A stretch of DNA of 64,000 nt, from assembly GCA_028534125.1 (NCBI GenBank), contig CM052816.1, positions 9,798,001 to 9,862,000 of the forward strand, given 5' to 3'. The position numbers and the translations under genes were made by a program. The DNA comes from Lama glama (Eukaryota). Below, piece by piece: positions 13,675 to 25,600 of the stretch (positions within the stretch are counted from its first letter, which is position 1; every line of letters begins with the position of its first letter). The notes beneath the pieces are model-generated. The model saw only the letters and a list, made by a program, of their open reading frames with translations, searched no databases and was not told where the DNA came from.

Positions 13675-14245
13675 TGTTGTGGGAGAATAGGTTCTCACTT
13701 CGTGCAGGAAAGAATTCAAGAGCAAGGCATGGGGAAGTGAAACCAAGTAGAGAGATGCACATTTCAGAGAGTGGGGGTCTAGCTCACTCAGAAAGGAGAA
13801 TGGCTTAGGAGATACACACTCCATAGACAGGAGGTGGGCCATCTCAGAAAGGTGAGAGGGAGAGAAGTTGAGAAGTGTGGGGTGTTTAGTTTAAAGTAAA
13901 AGTAGATACACACTCCATAGACAGAGTGCAGACCATCTCAGAAGGCAAGAGAGAGAACGACCACAGGGTATGGAATCATTAGGTTTTATGGGCTCAGTGA
14001 TTTCATATGCTAATAGGTAGGAGGATTATTCCAACTACTTTGGGGGAAGAGGTAAGGATTTCCATGAATCGGGCCCCTGCCCACTTTTCGACTTTTTATG
14101 GTCAGCCTAGAAACTGCCATGTTGCCTGCAGGTGTGCCATGAGGCTCAAGGACTACTAGAAGTCGAATCTTCTGCCATCTTGGTTCTAACCAGTTTGCTG
14201 TTATTCCTTCAGTGGTTGTGCCCTGCCCCCTTTCCTCCCACTTCA
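13675..14245 (-). mobile_element. Solo ERV1-class (MER41-like) LTR, 571 bp
   Basis: TG...CA termini, 4-bp TSD GAAA (13671-13674, 14246-14249), internal ~94-bp direct repeat. Confidence 0.75.
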
Positions 14246-16496
14246 GAAATATTATGGAAAAAAAGACATGAAATCACAACCCAGTGATAACTGTTGAATA
14301 TATGAATTATATTGTTCCAGTTTTTAAAAATATGTGTGTATATATATGCACACAGATGAACACATACATGTTCTTATTGTCATATTCAATCAAGTTTTTG
14401 TAGTATATGTTGTATTCTGCATTTTTCACTTAGAAATGTACTATGAAATTTTCTTGATCTTTAAATAGTAATAGAACATGAATTTAGATGCCTAGGTCAT
14501 ATTTTGTCACATATATGGATTTTTATTATATTAATATTTTTTCCATAATTGCTCACTTAGGTTGATTTGGATTTTCATTATAATTAACAGTGCTGGACTG
14601 AACACATTTTTATTTACCTCAGTTAATTTATCTCATTATTTCATTTCAAAAAATGCCTAAAAACAATTCTACTAGAAACTTCCAGAAAGGACTTAGGTCA
14701 CATAGAATATGAAAGAATGGTTTTTATCCATATGGCTCTGTACTTGGGATACAACATGGAACAGTTTGAAAATACCCTGTCATCTTCTTGAGTAAATCAT
14801 TCGTCCCCCAGTTCAGAGAGGTAGAGGCACTCGTTTTTTTATAAAGGATTTTGGACATAAAAACAGAAGACCTAATTATAATATTTTGTCAACTTGAAAG
14901 GTAATTTATTCTCTGTGTACAGAATTTTCCTGTTTGCACAGTGGAGTAATCAAACCTTCCTTAGGAGGTTTAAGGTTTAAGCTTGGAAAACTGCTTGATC
15001 CAGGTTAGCCACTAGTGAAAAGCTATTTATTTTGGCCCTTTCTTTGCCTCAGCACTGATAAGGGCTTTATAGGCTCAGAGTCACAGAGTCATTGCATTGT
15101 GTGAATATTCAAAGACAATGATGAGAGTGAAATTGCTTCCCACCTGATAATAAATAATTTACATTTTTTTCAACTTTGCCTTGTCACTGGTGAAGTAAGG
15201 CGTCGCTGGTGAAGTGAGTTCCCGTAGGCCTTCTACTATCTGGGAGTCTGGTTTGTCAGGATTTGTCTAAGGCACTGGAAATACAGCAGTGAAGAAGACT
15301 GGCATTTTCCTTACCCTAATGGAGATGATGTTAGGAGAATACCAGTCAACAAGTAATTACTCAGGGCAGGAAGACCTGAGGAAGCAATTTTTAATATTTG
15401 AGTTTTCTGAATCTTGTGACATTTTGATAATTATCTTAGCCCCTGTGTTTCTCATCCATATCAATATGGAGAAATCAAATAATTAATTATACAAATCCAA
15501 TATATCAACTAGGTAAAAGTGAAGCACAATATCCTAAGATAAAAGGAAGTGTGTATTATCACCATGAGGCTCTGTTTAATAGATGCAAAGGTATTTAATC
15601 CTAAAGCACACAGAGAAAAAAGTAAAACACAGGAAAGAAGACAGGCTAAAACTTTTTCAGCTTTCTCAAACGCCCCCAAATTCCAGTTGAACTAATACTG
15701 GGAGAGCAGAGTGGGTAAGACTAAGAGATCACATATTTCTCAAAGAACCCTTAGTCTGTGACTTCCCCACCATCTACCGTGCCCATGGTTTAATTCCAAA
15801 AGCTGCAACTTGGGGCTTTGTCCCTGGATGTCAGGTGCCTATTCCTAGCTATGAAATAATTTAATTTGTATGTTCCAGTGTCACCTCAAACTAATGTTTT
15901 CAAAACCATTTCCTCACTTTAGTCCAAAGCAGATTCTTTTCACCTTTCAGAGATGTCAGAATCCTTCACAGGATTTAACCTAAGGCTCCATGTTCTCTAG
16001 CAGAAAGGAAAGTCTCAACTCCACTGCCCAAACCACACAGCTTTCACAGTCGGCCTGTTCTGTACCCAGTTACTTCTCCAGCACACACTGAGCTGCCCTT
16101 CTTAAGGGTCCAAAAGCTGTTTCTCCATCACAGAAACACCTTCACACAAATGATCAGTCCCACCCTGGGCTGTAGGGTGAAGTCTTGCCCTTCTCAGGGG
16201 TTTTGTGGCAGCCACAGGACAGCATTACCCAGACTTGCATACTCTCCTGGGGAAATTTGGTTAGACAAAAACGGAGTTTATGTAAATAAACTCACCTTTT
16301 CAATTTGTAGGTTCAAAAGGCAAAATTATGTACTTATTGCATAATTACATGTATTTTTTAAACATTATATATAATATACTCTACAACATATAGACTGTTG
16401 TTTTTGTTTGTAGTTAAGCAAATCATTTAATATAGGTTCAGCAGCCATCCTTCCAGTCATGAGCTGGGATGGTCATCATCCTAAATGTCTCCTATG

Positions 16497-17326
16497 AGTT
16501 ACTGTCTGAATATTTGTATCCCCCACAAATTCATATGTTGAAACCTAATCCCCGATGTGATGGTATTAGGAGGTGAGATTTTTAGGAGCTGAGTAGGTCA
16601 AGAAGGCACAGCCCTCAGGATTGGAGTCCGTGCCCTTATAAAACAGATTCCAGAGAGCAACCTCTTGCCCCTTCATTCATAGGAGGTCACAGCAAGAAGA
16701 CACTCTGTGAACCTGGTAGTGGGCTCTTACCAGGCACCAAACCTTCTGGCGCCTTGATCTTGGACATCCCAGCCTGCAGAACTGTGAGAACATAAACTAT
16801 TGTTTAAGACACCTGGTCTGTGGTACAGACAGTTCTCTACTTATGATGGATTCAACTAACAGATTTTCAGCTGTATAGTGATAGACATTTTGTAGAAACT
16901 GAATTTTGAATTTTGATCTTTTCCTGGGCTAGCGATATGCATCCGACAGTCTTGTGTTGCTGGGCAGTGAGCCACAGCTCCCGGTCAGCCACTCAATCGT
17001 GAGGGTGAGCAGCCGATATGCTGACACCATTCTGTACCCATACAACCATTCCGTTGGTTGCTTTTACAGTATTCAATAAATTGCATGATATGTGCAACAC
17101 TTTATTATAAAACAGGCTTTGTGTTAGATGATTTTGTCCACCGTAGGCTAATAAAAGTGTTCTGAGTACATTTAAGGTAGATGAGGCTGAGCTGTGATGT
17201 TCAGTAGGTTAGGTGCAATTTTAGTGTATGATATTTTTAATTTATGATGAGTGTATCAAAATATAACCCCATCCTAAGTGGAGGAAGGTCTGTATTTTGT
17301 TATGGTAGCCTGAGGAGACTAATACA
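16497..17326 (+). mobile_element. MLT1A-type MaLR LTR split by a DNA transposon
   Basis: MLT1A motifs; tggta / ttttgttatggtagcc rejoin across the insertion. Confidence 0.8.
16826..17292. mobile_element. Tigger5/MER47-like non-autonomous DNA transposon
   Basis: Imperfect TIRs CAGA..TC.TC.ACTTA.GATGG, TA TSD (16824-16825, 17293-17294). Confidence 0.8.
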
Positions 17327-18334
17327 CTAGCTCATCATGTAACTAACACCTCAAGTCTTCCTTTCAATTCTTACTGAACTTTTAATAATTCTGGAGTGTA
17401 ATCTTTTTACATTGTTTAGTAATCAGTTCTTTCAGTCTGTCTGTTTGATTGGTCTACAAATGCCTTGATGGCTGGGACTCTTTTTGCCCATTTGTAGCGC
17501 CTCTCCCCACACAACACATTGCTTGACCTCTAGTGATCTTTCTATATATGCTGTTAGGGAAAAACACACAAATCTCTCCAGCACAACTGGCAAGCATTTA
17601 ACCAGTCTTTGCTGAAAAATGAAAACCATCGCGCTTTGAACACGTGAACTAGTAGGGCATCACTATGCCCCTAGTTGCCAACTCACTATTAGAAAATTAT
17701 TTTCCAAGGTAAATATCTTTGCACATTTTATTTAGGACCTCAGTACTCTCTGGAGTCCCAGAAAGTTGTCACATCTCTATCTCGTGACAGTCCTACATAT
17801 ACCCTCATTTGTTCCCAACTAACTTGACTTTGCCTCAGGCCTTATTAGTGATTTCAACATTTAATTAGAGTCTGTTTTTTTTAAACTCTCCCCCAAAATG
17901 AAAACCAAGATGCCTTCCTTTGCAGATGCCTGCATGTGACTGAGTTCTCTTTAAGGGGTGATCAGCCTAAAGCATTATGTTATTCCTGGCCTGTTCCAAT
18001 TCGTTTGTAGTGTTAGGGATTCTCACTGTGTCTTTTTCCAACTCTGGATTTTCCGCTTTTCATTAGTGTAGCTAAAGGTAACGTAATACTAATGGTTAGA
18101 GCCGCCCTTTGATCCATGTTTATTTTTTTTTAAATGAGTCTTTTTTAAATGGGGGCTATGAGCAGACTCTTCTCTCACCAGGGTGTGTATAATCTCTCCA
18201 GCTCTCAAAGTGAGTAGAAATAGAGGAAATATTTCTGTGTGATTTATACATTTAGGAAAATGAGCATAGATGATTTCTTGAAAAGAAGAATTGTATCCAC
18301 AAAGACAACCCTGACAACTTTCTGCTGAGAATCT

Positions 18335-18340
18335 TTTATT
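18335..18340 (-). terminator. PolyA signal of the Kazal gene
   Basis: AATAAA ~55 nt after the stop. Confidence 0.75.
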
Positions 18341-18394
18341 GAAGAATCAGGTCTCTGGATTTGTCCCCACAACCGTCCTAGGGAAACCAGTTCT

Positions 18395-18491
18395 CTATGT
18401 GGACTCTTCCAAAATAAACGTAGGGCCCTTGGGCACCGGGGAGACCCTGCATGGTCCATATTTTACGAAAAAAAGTGTGCCGCGGCTCCTC
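18395..18491 (-). CDS. Kazal gene exon 4, [35 protein letters not shown]
   Basis: ttgcag| acceptor, phase 2, sixth Cys, TAG. Confidence 0.88.
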
Positions 18492-20420
18492 CTGCAAGAG
18501 AAATCATGTTTTTAAAAGGAAAGCTTTAGAGACCTTAAATTAAAAGTTGCATATTCTTAGTTCCAGCCAGCCAAATGCGTATACACCGTGAAAGGTGAGC
18601 AGTTAATCACTGAGCTTCAGCACTGTGGGAAAAAGGAATTCAGTCAACTGGTAAAAGCCAGTGCCAGGAGCCAACAAGTCTGTAAATTTCTCTTTTTGCT
18701 GCCACTTAATCATATTATGATGTTGATCAAGCCTCTCTTTCCCTAGCTTCAGTTTCTCCTTGTTATGCATTTCCTTTTTCTCTCCTTTTCTCTCTTTCTT
18801 TTTACCTCTTTTTGTAAAATGTCATGATTATCAGTCAGCCATCTCCCTCTTACGCTTTATGGCAGCGTCTAGCTTACTGGGTAGCTAAGATGGCTTCCGG
18901 TTCTGGGGGAGAGGCTCTTCCTACACACAAAATGTTAAACTAAGCACTTACGCAACGGCGCTGCAGAACAAGCATTTGTTGCCGTATACTCTTCCATCAG
19001 ATCCACAATGAGGATTGTACTCCAAGGTGCATACAGTATAATCAGAATATTTGGGGCACTGAACTATGCTCTGTCCAAAGAAAGGAAAAGAGAAAAAACA
19101 ATTTCAAAACGTTAAATCCTAGAAAGCCTTGAGGGATCATTTAATCCGAAATCCCACATGCCAGGGTACACATCCTCTGCAATTTCCTTTATCTGTGATG
19201 GTGAGAATACCGTCACAGCAAGGGAGTGCTCAGCCCAAGTTCACAGCCGTCTGATGAATAGGATGAATAGGATACAGCTGGGGATTCTATTTTGTACCTA
19301 ATTTTGAATTAGCCATCTCCTGCTCATACTGTCATCCTCTTTATTCAGACCCTCACTATGTGTTGCCTACATGGTTGCAGTATCTGCCGGTTTATCGCCC
19401 AGCCTCCGTGTTTATCGGAGATTGAAATCACCTTCCACACTGATACCAGAGTGATTTTTTTTGAAGCCAAATCAGATCTTGTTCAAATATTCAACTTTTT
19501 AGGGCTATAATGAGAGTCCAGTAGAATAATGAATGTGAAAAATACTGAGAAAAATTTAAAATGCTACCCAAAGGTAAAAGTTAACTTAGCCTCACTGCGC
19601 TTTTGCAAGGAGATTCCTTTTGCAACCTTTGAAAAAAAGAGACAGCACCAGGACAGGGAGAGTAGGAGCAGCTTCACGTCCTGCGGAATGATTTCAGCCC
19701 CTGCGCCCCAGTTTAGGTGCTTTCACAGCTCATTTACCCACAAGCTCTAATTTCATTTTTACGAAGACCACACAGAAAAGGTTGTACTCACTTTTGGCCG
19801 TATTACTTGATCACCCGAAGAGTGTGGAATAAGATGCATTTGGAGAGAAGGAATTGGAAAAAGAGTAAATTCCACAGTTAGAAATGCAAAGCTGAATTCC
19901 TTGTTCACAGTAACTGAAACCCATTTCCCTTGTCCAGGCCAGACCTAAGAGAGGTCACTTCTTTACTCAGGGCCATCTCAGGGTGAAGTCAGAGTGTATG
20001 TGGTCCTGATTTTAAAAATGGGGGAAAGGGCTTTTACAGGTACCCAGGAGATCCCGTGGGCATGCCCAGAGTAAGGTTGGAGTTATAGCCTCAAACTTGC
20101 ACAGGTAGTTTCCAAAGGGCCAGTCAGAAACCTAAGAGATCGTGATCAGGAAATGAGCAGAAAGCTCACAATCCTTTTATTCTTCTCAGTCTCTCTTCCT
20201 CTTCCTGAAGGTCTCACTCACCCCCACTTTGTTAATCTGATCAATCCAGACAGATGCCTTCTACATTTTCTTTTGACTTTAACATTCTGTAACTACTGAG
20301 TACTGGGTATGTCACAGTTAACAAAGAACCACTGAAAAGAATTCCTAACTCACCAGGTAGAGAGGCAGCCCACGTAGTGGCTGCCAGAGCAAGGATGACA
20401 CAAGCGGTGATGCTCTTCAT
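18395..20420 (-). CDS. Secreted single-domain Kazal inhibitor, double-headed submandibular inhibitor / ovomucoid-like (~98 aa); exons 20354-20420, 19792-19805 (micro-exon, less certain), 18952-19070, 18395-18491
   Basis: Signal peptide [20 protein letters not shown]8-C-X7-C-X10-C-X2-C-X17-C Kazal spacing; phases 1/0/2 compatible; polyA signal downstream. Confidence 0.85.
18952..19070 (-). CDS. Kazal gene exon 3, [39 protein letters not shown]
   Basis: 119 nt, long pyrimidine tract, cag|...GC|gtaagt. Confidence 0.92.
19792..19805 (-). CDS. Kazal gene candidate 14-nt micro-exon 2, (V)IRPK
   Basis: aag|TAATACGGCCAAAA|gtgagt; first AG after a ctaac branch site and pyrimidine tract; converts phase 1 to 0. 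Confidence 0.55.
20354..20420 (-). CDS. Kazal gene exon 1, [22 protein letters not shown]
   Basis: ATG in ACTATGA context; 67 nt; CCTG|gtgagt phase 1. Confidence 0.88.
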
Positions 20421-20508
20421 AGTGATGATGAAGGAGGGCCGTAGGGATACACTGCTCTGAGCAGGAAGTTCAGAGAGAGCGAGAAAAAGCGGTCTGCCAA
20501 ATACACAC

Positions 20509-20515
20509 ATATATA
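20509..20515 (-). promoter_or_regulatory. Candidate TATA box (TATATAT) of the Kazal gene
   Basis: ~90 nt upstream of the ATG; motif only. Confidence 0.45.
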
Positions 20516-23500
20516 CACAAGGCAGGGTCCTGTCCTCGTTAAAAATTGACTTTCTCAATGATTGGCTGTTAACCCAAGCTAGGGCAGTTTATTGTATTTG
20601 TCAAGGAAAACTTCCTTATTATCTTGAGTTACTGACAGTTGGAACAATTACCTCTTAAAACTCACCTACCGAAAGATATTTTACATAATAATCCTTTGAT
20701 GGCTCAGCAATATAATGGCATGACTATATTTGAGAAACAAATAAAATCATAGGGTAGTAAAGAGCAAGCAGACTTTCAAATGACATGTATCAAGGGTGTT
20801 AAGGGTTAGAGTAAATGCATAGAACATAGAAGCCATGAGGACATGTCTTTACAATGTACTGTGGGAGACAAAATTAATAATCAGCCCTGTGAACCCTGCT
20901 TTTCTAGAGTGTGGGCACACTTTTCAGCATTCTCCGAAGACCTGTTACATGATTAACTTTATGAAGTATGAAGAGGAGTAATATTGCTATTTCGCAGGTA
21001 GAACAACAAAATCAGAAAGCTTCAAGTGTATTGTCTTTAGTCACACTTAACAGTTGGGAGAGCCAGTTTCCCAGCATCCTAGGCCTACACTTTTTTTTTT
21101 AAACTGGGATATACTACTTCATTAACTAAAATGGACATTTATGATAAAAATCCAGGTTTTGCCCTGCTGTCTCCTGCCTCTTAAGACTGTAACCATGGTA
21201 TTCTGTTTTAACACATTCCCCGCTTCTGTATCTGATTTCTGTTTATCCGCATAACCGATATTTTTTCAATAACACAGGCCCAGTGATTTCCAGTTACTTA
21301 GCACATTCACCTCTCTCGTCTCATGTGGTCTTCACATCAGCCGTCCAGAAGACAGAGTTAACATAAAAATAGAATTAATTCTCAAAGAGGAAACTCACAG
21401 ACTGGAAGACTTAAAATTCCCCACAGCAGACACCTATTGAGATCTTGACCAAAACCACGTCTTCCAGTTTCAAATCTTACGGTCTCCCAGTAGCTGATTG
21501 CATTTCTTTCTGTTTTTTTTAAGGTATGTCTCGCTCATTCATACTTTGCATTTTCCAGTACCACCTCTTCTTCTCAGATAGATGTCTACAGTTTTAGTTT
21601 ATGCCGTTGTAAAAATTCAAATGCTTGCACCTGACATGTACTTCAAGGCTTCATCAGCATTTGAAACATGTGCACCGCAATGAGATGCAATCCAGAAGCT
21701 TTTCTGAATAGGATAAGTGCTCTTCTCTCCAAGTTATGGTGAAACGTCTGATTAGACTGACCACGTTCTAAGTAGAGGGCAGAGATGAGAACAATGGCTC
21801 ATTGGGTGTTAGACCTGGGGAGTCCCTGAACAAGCATCTGGGTCGGTGGTTTTCAAACTCTCTGCTGTGGTGGTTCAATTAAAAAATGGAACCTTTTCCA
21901 CACAGAAATGTAACTTTATGAGGCAAGTGATAAATGAACAGATTTTTTAAAAAGTAACTTAAATAGAAGCAGTACAGGGTTTAAAAGTACCTGCATTTCC
22001 ACCACACACCTCACGGTTCCATGGAAATCTCTTTGAAAACGTCTGATCTAGACTGCAAACAATAGAGGAAGTGAGGCCCTGAGAGGAAGGGTATCTGGTC
22101 CAAGGCCACTCCATGAGGCGGATCCCCTGGTTCTAGTACAAGACTCTCCCCTGTGCCATGTCTTCTCGGCAACCACACAGCTCCAAGTCAGCATTTCTGC
22201 CCCTCCTTACTTTCCCAGAGAAGGTGAGGGCGGATCTGCCATCTGGGTCCTACACTCAGTTCTCTACTCCTCCCTGGATACCGCCTTTCTGGCACCCCCA
22301 GGATCTTCCATGTTAACTTTGCTGCTAAATCCCGTTTTTAGGCTTCTCTCCGGTTTCATTCTGCTAATAGCTGTCAGTAGGAACCCAATCCAGGAAAATG
22401 TAGGCATCTTCATTTCCTGTCTGGTTTTCACACTCAAACCTAATCTATCACCAGTTAGGTTTTAATTTGTGTGTGTGCCTTCCTCTCCAGGAAGATTTTT
22501 TAAAAATTTTGTTTCATTTGTTCATTCATTTGTGTAAATTCAGAGTTTAAGAATCATGCCCTATAAAATCTGCCTTCCATGGTCCTCCCTTTCTGGAAAT
22601 CCTCATAGGAAAAATTAATCCTGTTAATAAACTCTTAGCAGGACTGCATTTTCCTTTCTTCTTTTTGCCATCTACTCAGTAAACTAAGGATTTAGAAACA
22701 GTATATAGAATTATGTTAAACTCAACATCATTGCAATTCATTGCCCAAATCAGAAGTCACCAACGAATCCACACCCATTTCTATTACCAGTTCCTTATCA
22801 GGCTCAAGATTTTGTTTCAAAACTCATTGATGGGTTTTGATTCTAGCGCTTGATGTGAATACGCGCTGCACGTGAATTCCTAGGAAATCCCCAGCATGGT
22901 CCTACACAGAATAGGTGTGAGTTTTGATCAGTAACTGTAGATGTACAACATAATCTACTTCTTCTCTTTTTCTACATAAACTTATGTCTGATTCTGAGCG
23001 CTCCACTCTGCCTGGATTTGGGGAGATTTGGTCTCATTCATTTTTGGAGTTTATGAGGATCTGAGATGCTTACGCAGTGCACAGAACATGAGAGCAGGTC
23101 CTCTCTCGTCTCTGGACGGTCATGACTGCTACCTGCATCTCCGTGGGCAAAGCCTGCCTTAAATGGTTCACCTCACTGAGGCTGCTCCCTGATTCTGTGC
23201 CACACGTGAGACAGGGTGATTTCTGACTGAGATTGAGAAACCCCTGAATCTGCAGACACTTTGTCACACTCAGCAGTCGCTGCCTGTTCAGGAAGCTGCC
23301 CAGCAGCAGTCTTGTTAGAACTCAGTCTCTCTGATTTCTCTTGAAAATGTTATTTCTTCTGTCTTGGTAAGTTTCTAAAGTATTCATGCCTCTAAGGGTC
23401 ATTTTTTTTTTGGCCTATTTTCTATGTTTTTGTCCAGTTGATTTCAAACCTCCTCTAAGGCAAAAAATATATCCCTTTTTCTTCTAGCTTTGTGATAACA

Positions 23501-25049
23501 GGAGGAAGGACAACTACAAAGAAAGCGAGTTAATAGCTTTTAACCACTGCCGTAGTTGCTGATGCTGTGTTGTGATTTCTTGTTTGACATACTGGCATTA
23601 AAATGACTGTATCAAAATCCCGTTCTTCTTTAGAATCTTACCTTACGCTTCCAGATAAGTGCGTATCTGGGGGTTGAGCACCTTCTGAAATTCTTCTGTG
23701 GGCCCTTGCAAGTGGAGGTCATCTAACTGCCTACAGCTCTTCTCAGCACCTAGGAGCAGCCTCTAGAAAAGAGTGTGACATTTCCTGCTTAATTCAACAA
23801 TGCCTGTCCTGTGACCAGAGGCTGGGACTTAAGCAAATATCCTTTGTGAACACAATTTGTCAAAAGCTCTTTTTTAGAGACCTTGGCAATTGGCGCTCTG
23901 GCAGCCTTCTCACATGAATTCTAGGAGCAAAGTGGACTCAGAGATGAGACTATAATAGCTGGCAAATTTTCATTTTATTCCTGCTCCCAGGACTTCTTTC
24001 TTGTAAGTCAAGCCATTAGAATTAGCCATTAGAATTCACTTCTCATTGCTAATCCCATGACTCTGTACTAAAACACTTCCATATGTACTGTCTCCTGCCA
24101 CACAATCCATAGATTTGGAATTGAAGTGTGCCAGAAATAAACAGAAGTGACCATTTCTGTAGATAATGAATAGTTTTCTAGGATCATGGGACTAAAAAAA
24201 AAAATCTAGTCTTTTGCCTGAAAATATGATCAGATAGATAATGTCATTTGCATGAAAAGCATGGAACTGTGGTTCATGAGACCAGAGGGAGTGGTGTAAG
24301 AGACATAAGATTAAAAACCATTTACTTGAATGTGTATTTCTCATTTACACCCATTTGGGTAAGCTCAGAAAAATCACTTCCCCTCTCTTGACTTCAGGAT
24401 TCCCATACATTAAACCCGTGAGATAAATCATCTCTCATTTTCTTCTAGCTCTGTCAATCTAGGATTTTATCCTGAAATAAAATAACCTTTCCCTGATTGA
24501 GATTTTCTTTTGTAGTGGTAAATATATTTAGCTGATAAAGAGCAATTAATTAGTTGAAAGTTATTATAAGATTAATTATAACAATACACCTCACAGCATT
24601 TTTTTTTTTCTGGGCTCACACTGCTTTTGCCTTTCTCTTTAGCTACAGCTTTTGCTAGTATTTCTAAGAAACACCTCATGAATCTAGCCTTCATGTGGGG
24701 AGGAGGTATGTTTTATAAGTTCATATTTTCATGTAACTAGCTTGTTTCTAAGCATCAGTGCCAGCGATTTTAAATTTGTACCAGGGAGGTAATGTGGAAT
24801 CTCTAAATGCTTTGAAAATAAAAGTCTTTGTGGGCTTTATGTCATTGACTGTAACTGAGAGTGCCTGTCCTAAATTTCCTTTTGAAACTTTTATCTTAAG
24901 GGTCTAGCTTTACTCAACAACTTTTAATAAGCAATTGCTCCATGCTAGGTATTGCACTAGCCACTAGGAATGTAAATAAGAACATTAAAGTAACTCTTCT
25001 CTAAAAAAGCCAGGTCTAATGAGAGACGTGGACTTGTAAACAGGCAGCT

Positions 25050-25600
25050 GTGAAGCAGTGACAGCTGGTAATGCAGGTGTAAGGACAGGGGGTCAGGGGA
25101 GCATAAGGAAGGAATAACTGACTCACATCCAGACAGGAAGGAAGCCGTGGAAGACTTTCTCGGAGAAAAAAAAGCTGCACTTTTAATGTGTTGAGAACAA
25201 ATTAGTGTACAGTTTAAAGGAATGGATCTTGTGAGATAGAAGGAAAAAAGTGGGAGAAGGACCAGGGGTGGATAAAAGGGATATGTTAGGAGGAGAGGAC
25301 AAGTAGGAACAAGTTCAAGAAAATTATTCAAGGGTAGGAAAGAAAGAGGACAATGTAAGAGTTGAGACTGAAGAGGTGGACAGAGGGCTTGCATGGCAGG
25401 AGGAGTTCGGCGTTCATCTTGGGGGCTGGAGAAGCCACTTAAAGGTTTTACGCATAATACCATCAGATTTGGCCTTAGATCATTACTCTGCCTGCAGTGG
25501 AGAATGCAGTGGAAGAGGAGACTGAAGCAGGGAAGTCATGTATAAGGCCGTTGTAGTCGATCATGAAAGGATGATGATGGCTTAAACCAAAGAGTTATTA
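25050..25600. mobile_element. L2 fragment
   Basis: gagaagccacttaaaggtttta...gatcattactctgcctgcagtggagaatg; boundaries approximate. Confidence 0.6.

Noticed and set aside
24957..25463. 168-aa hydrophobic ORF
   Set aside because: Overlaps a degraded L2; low-complexity composition and no exon structure.
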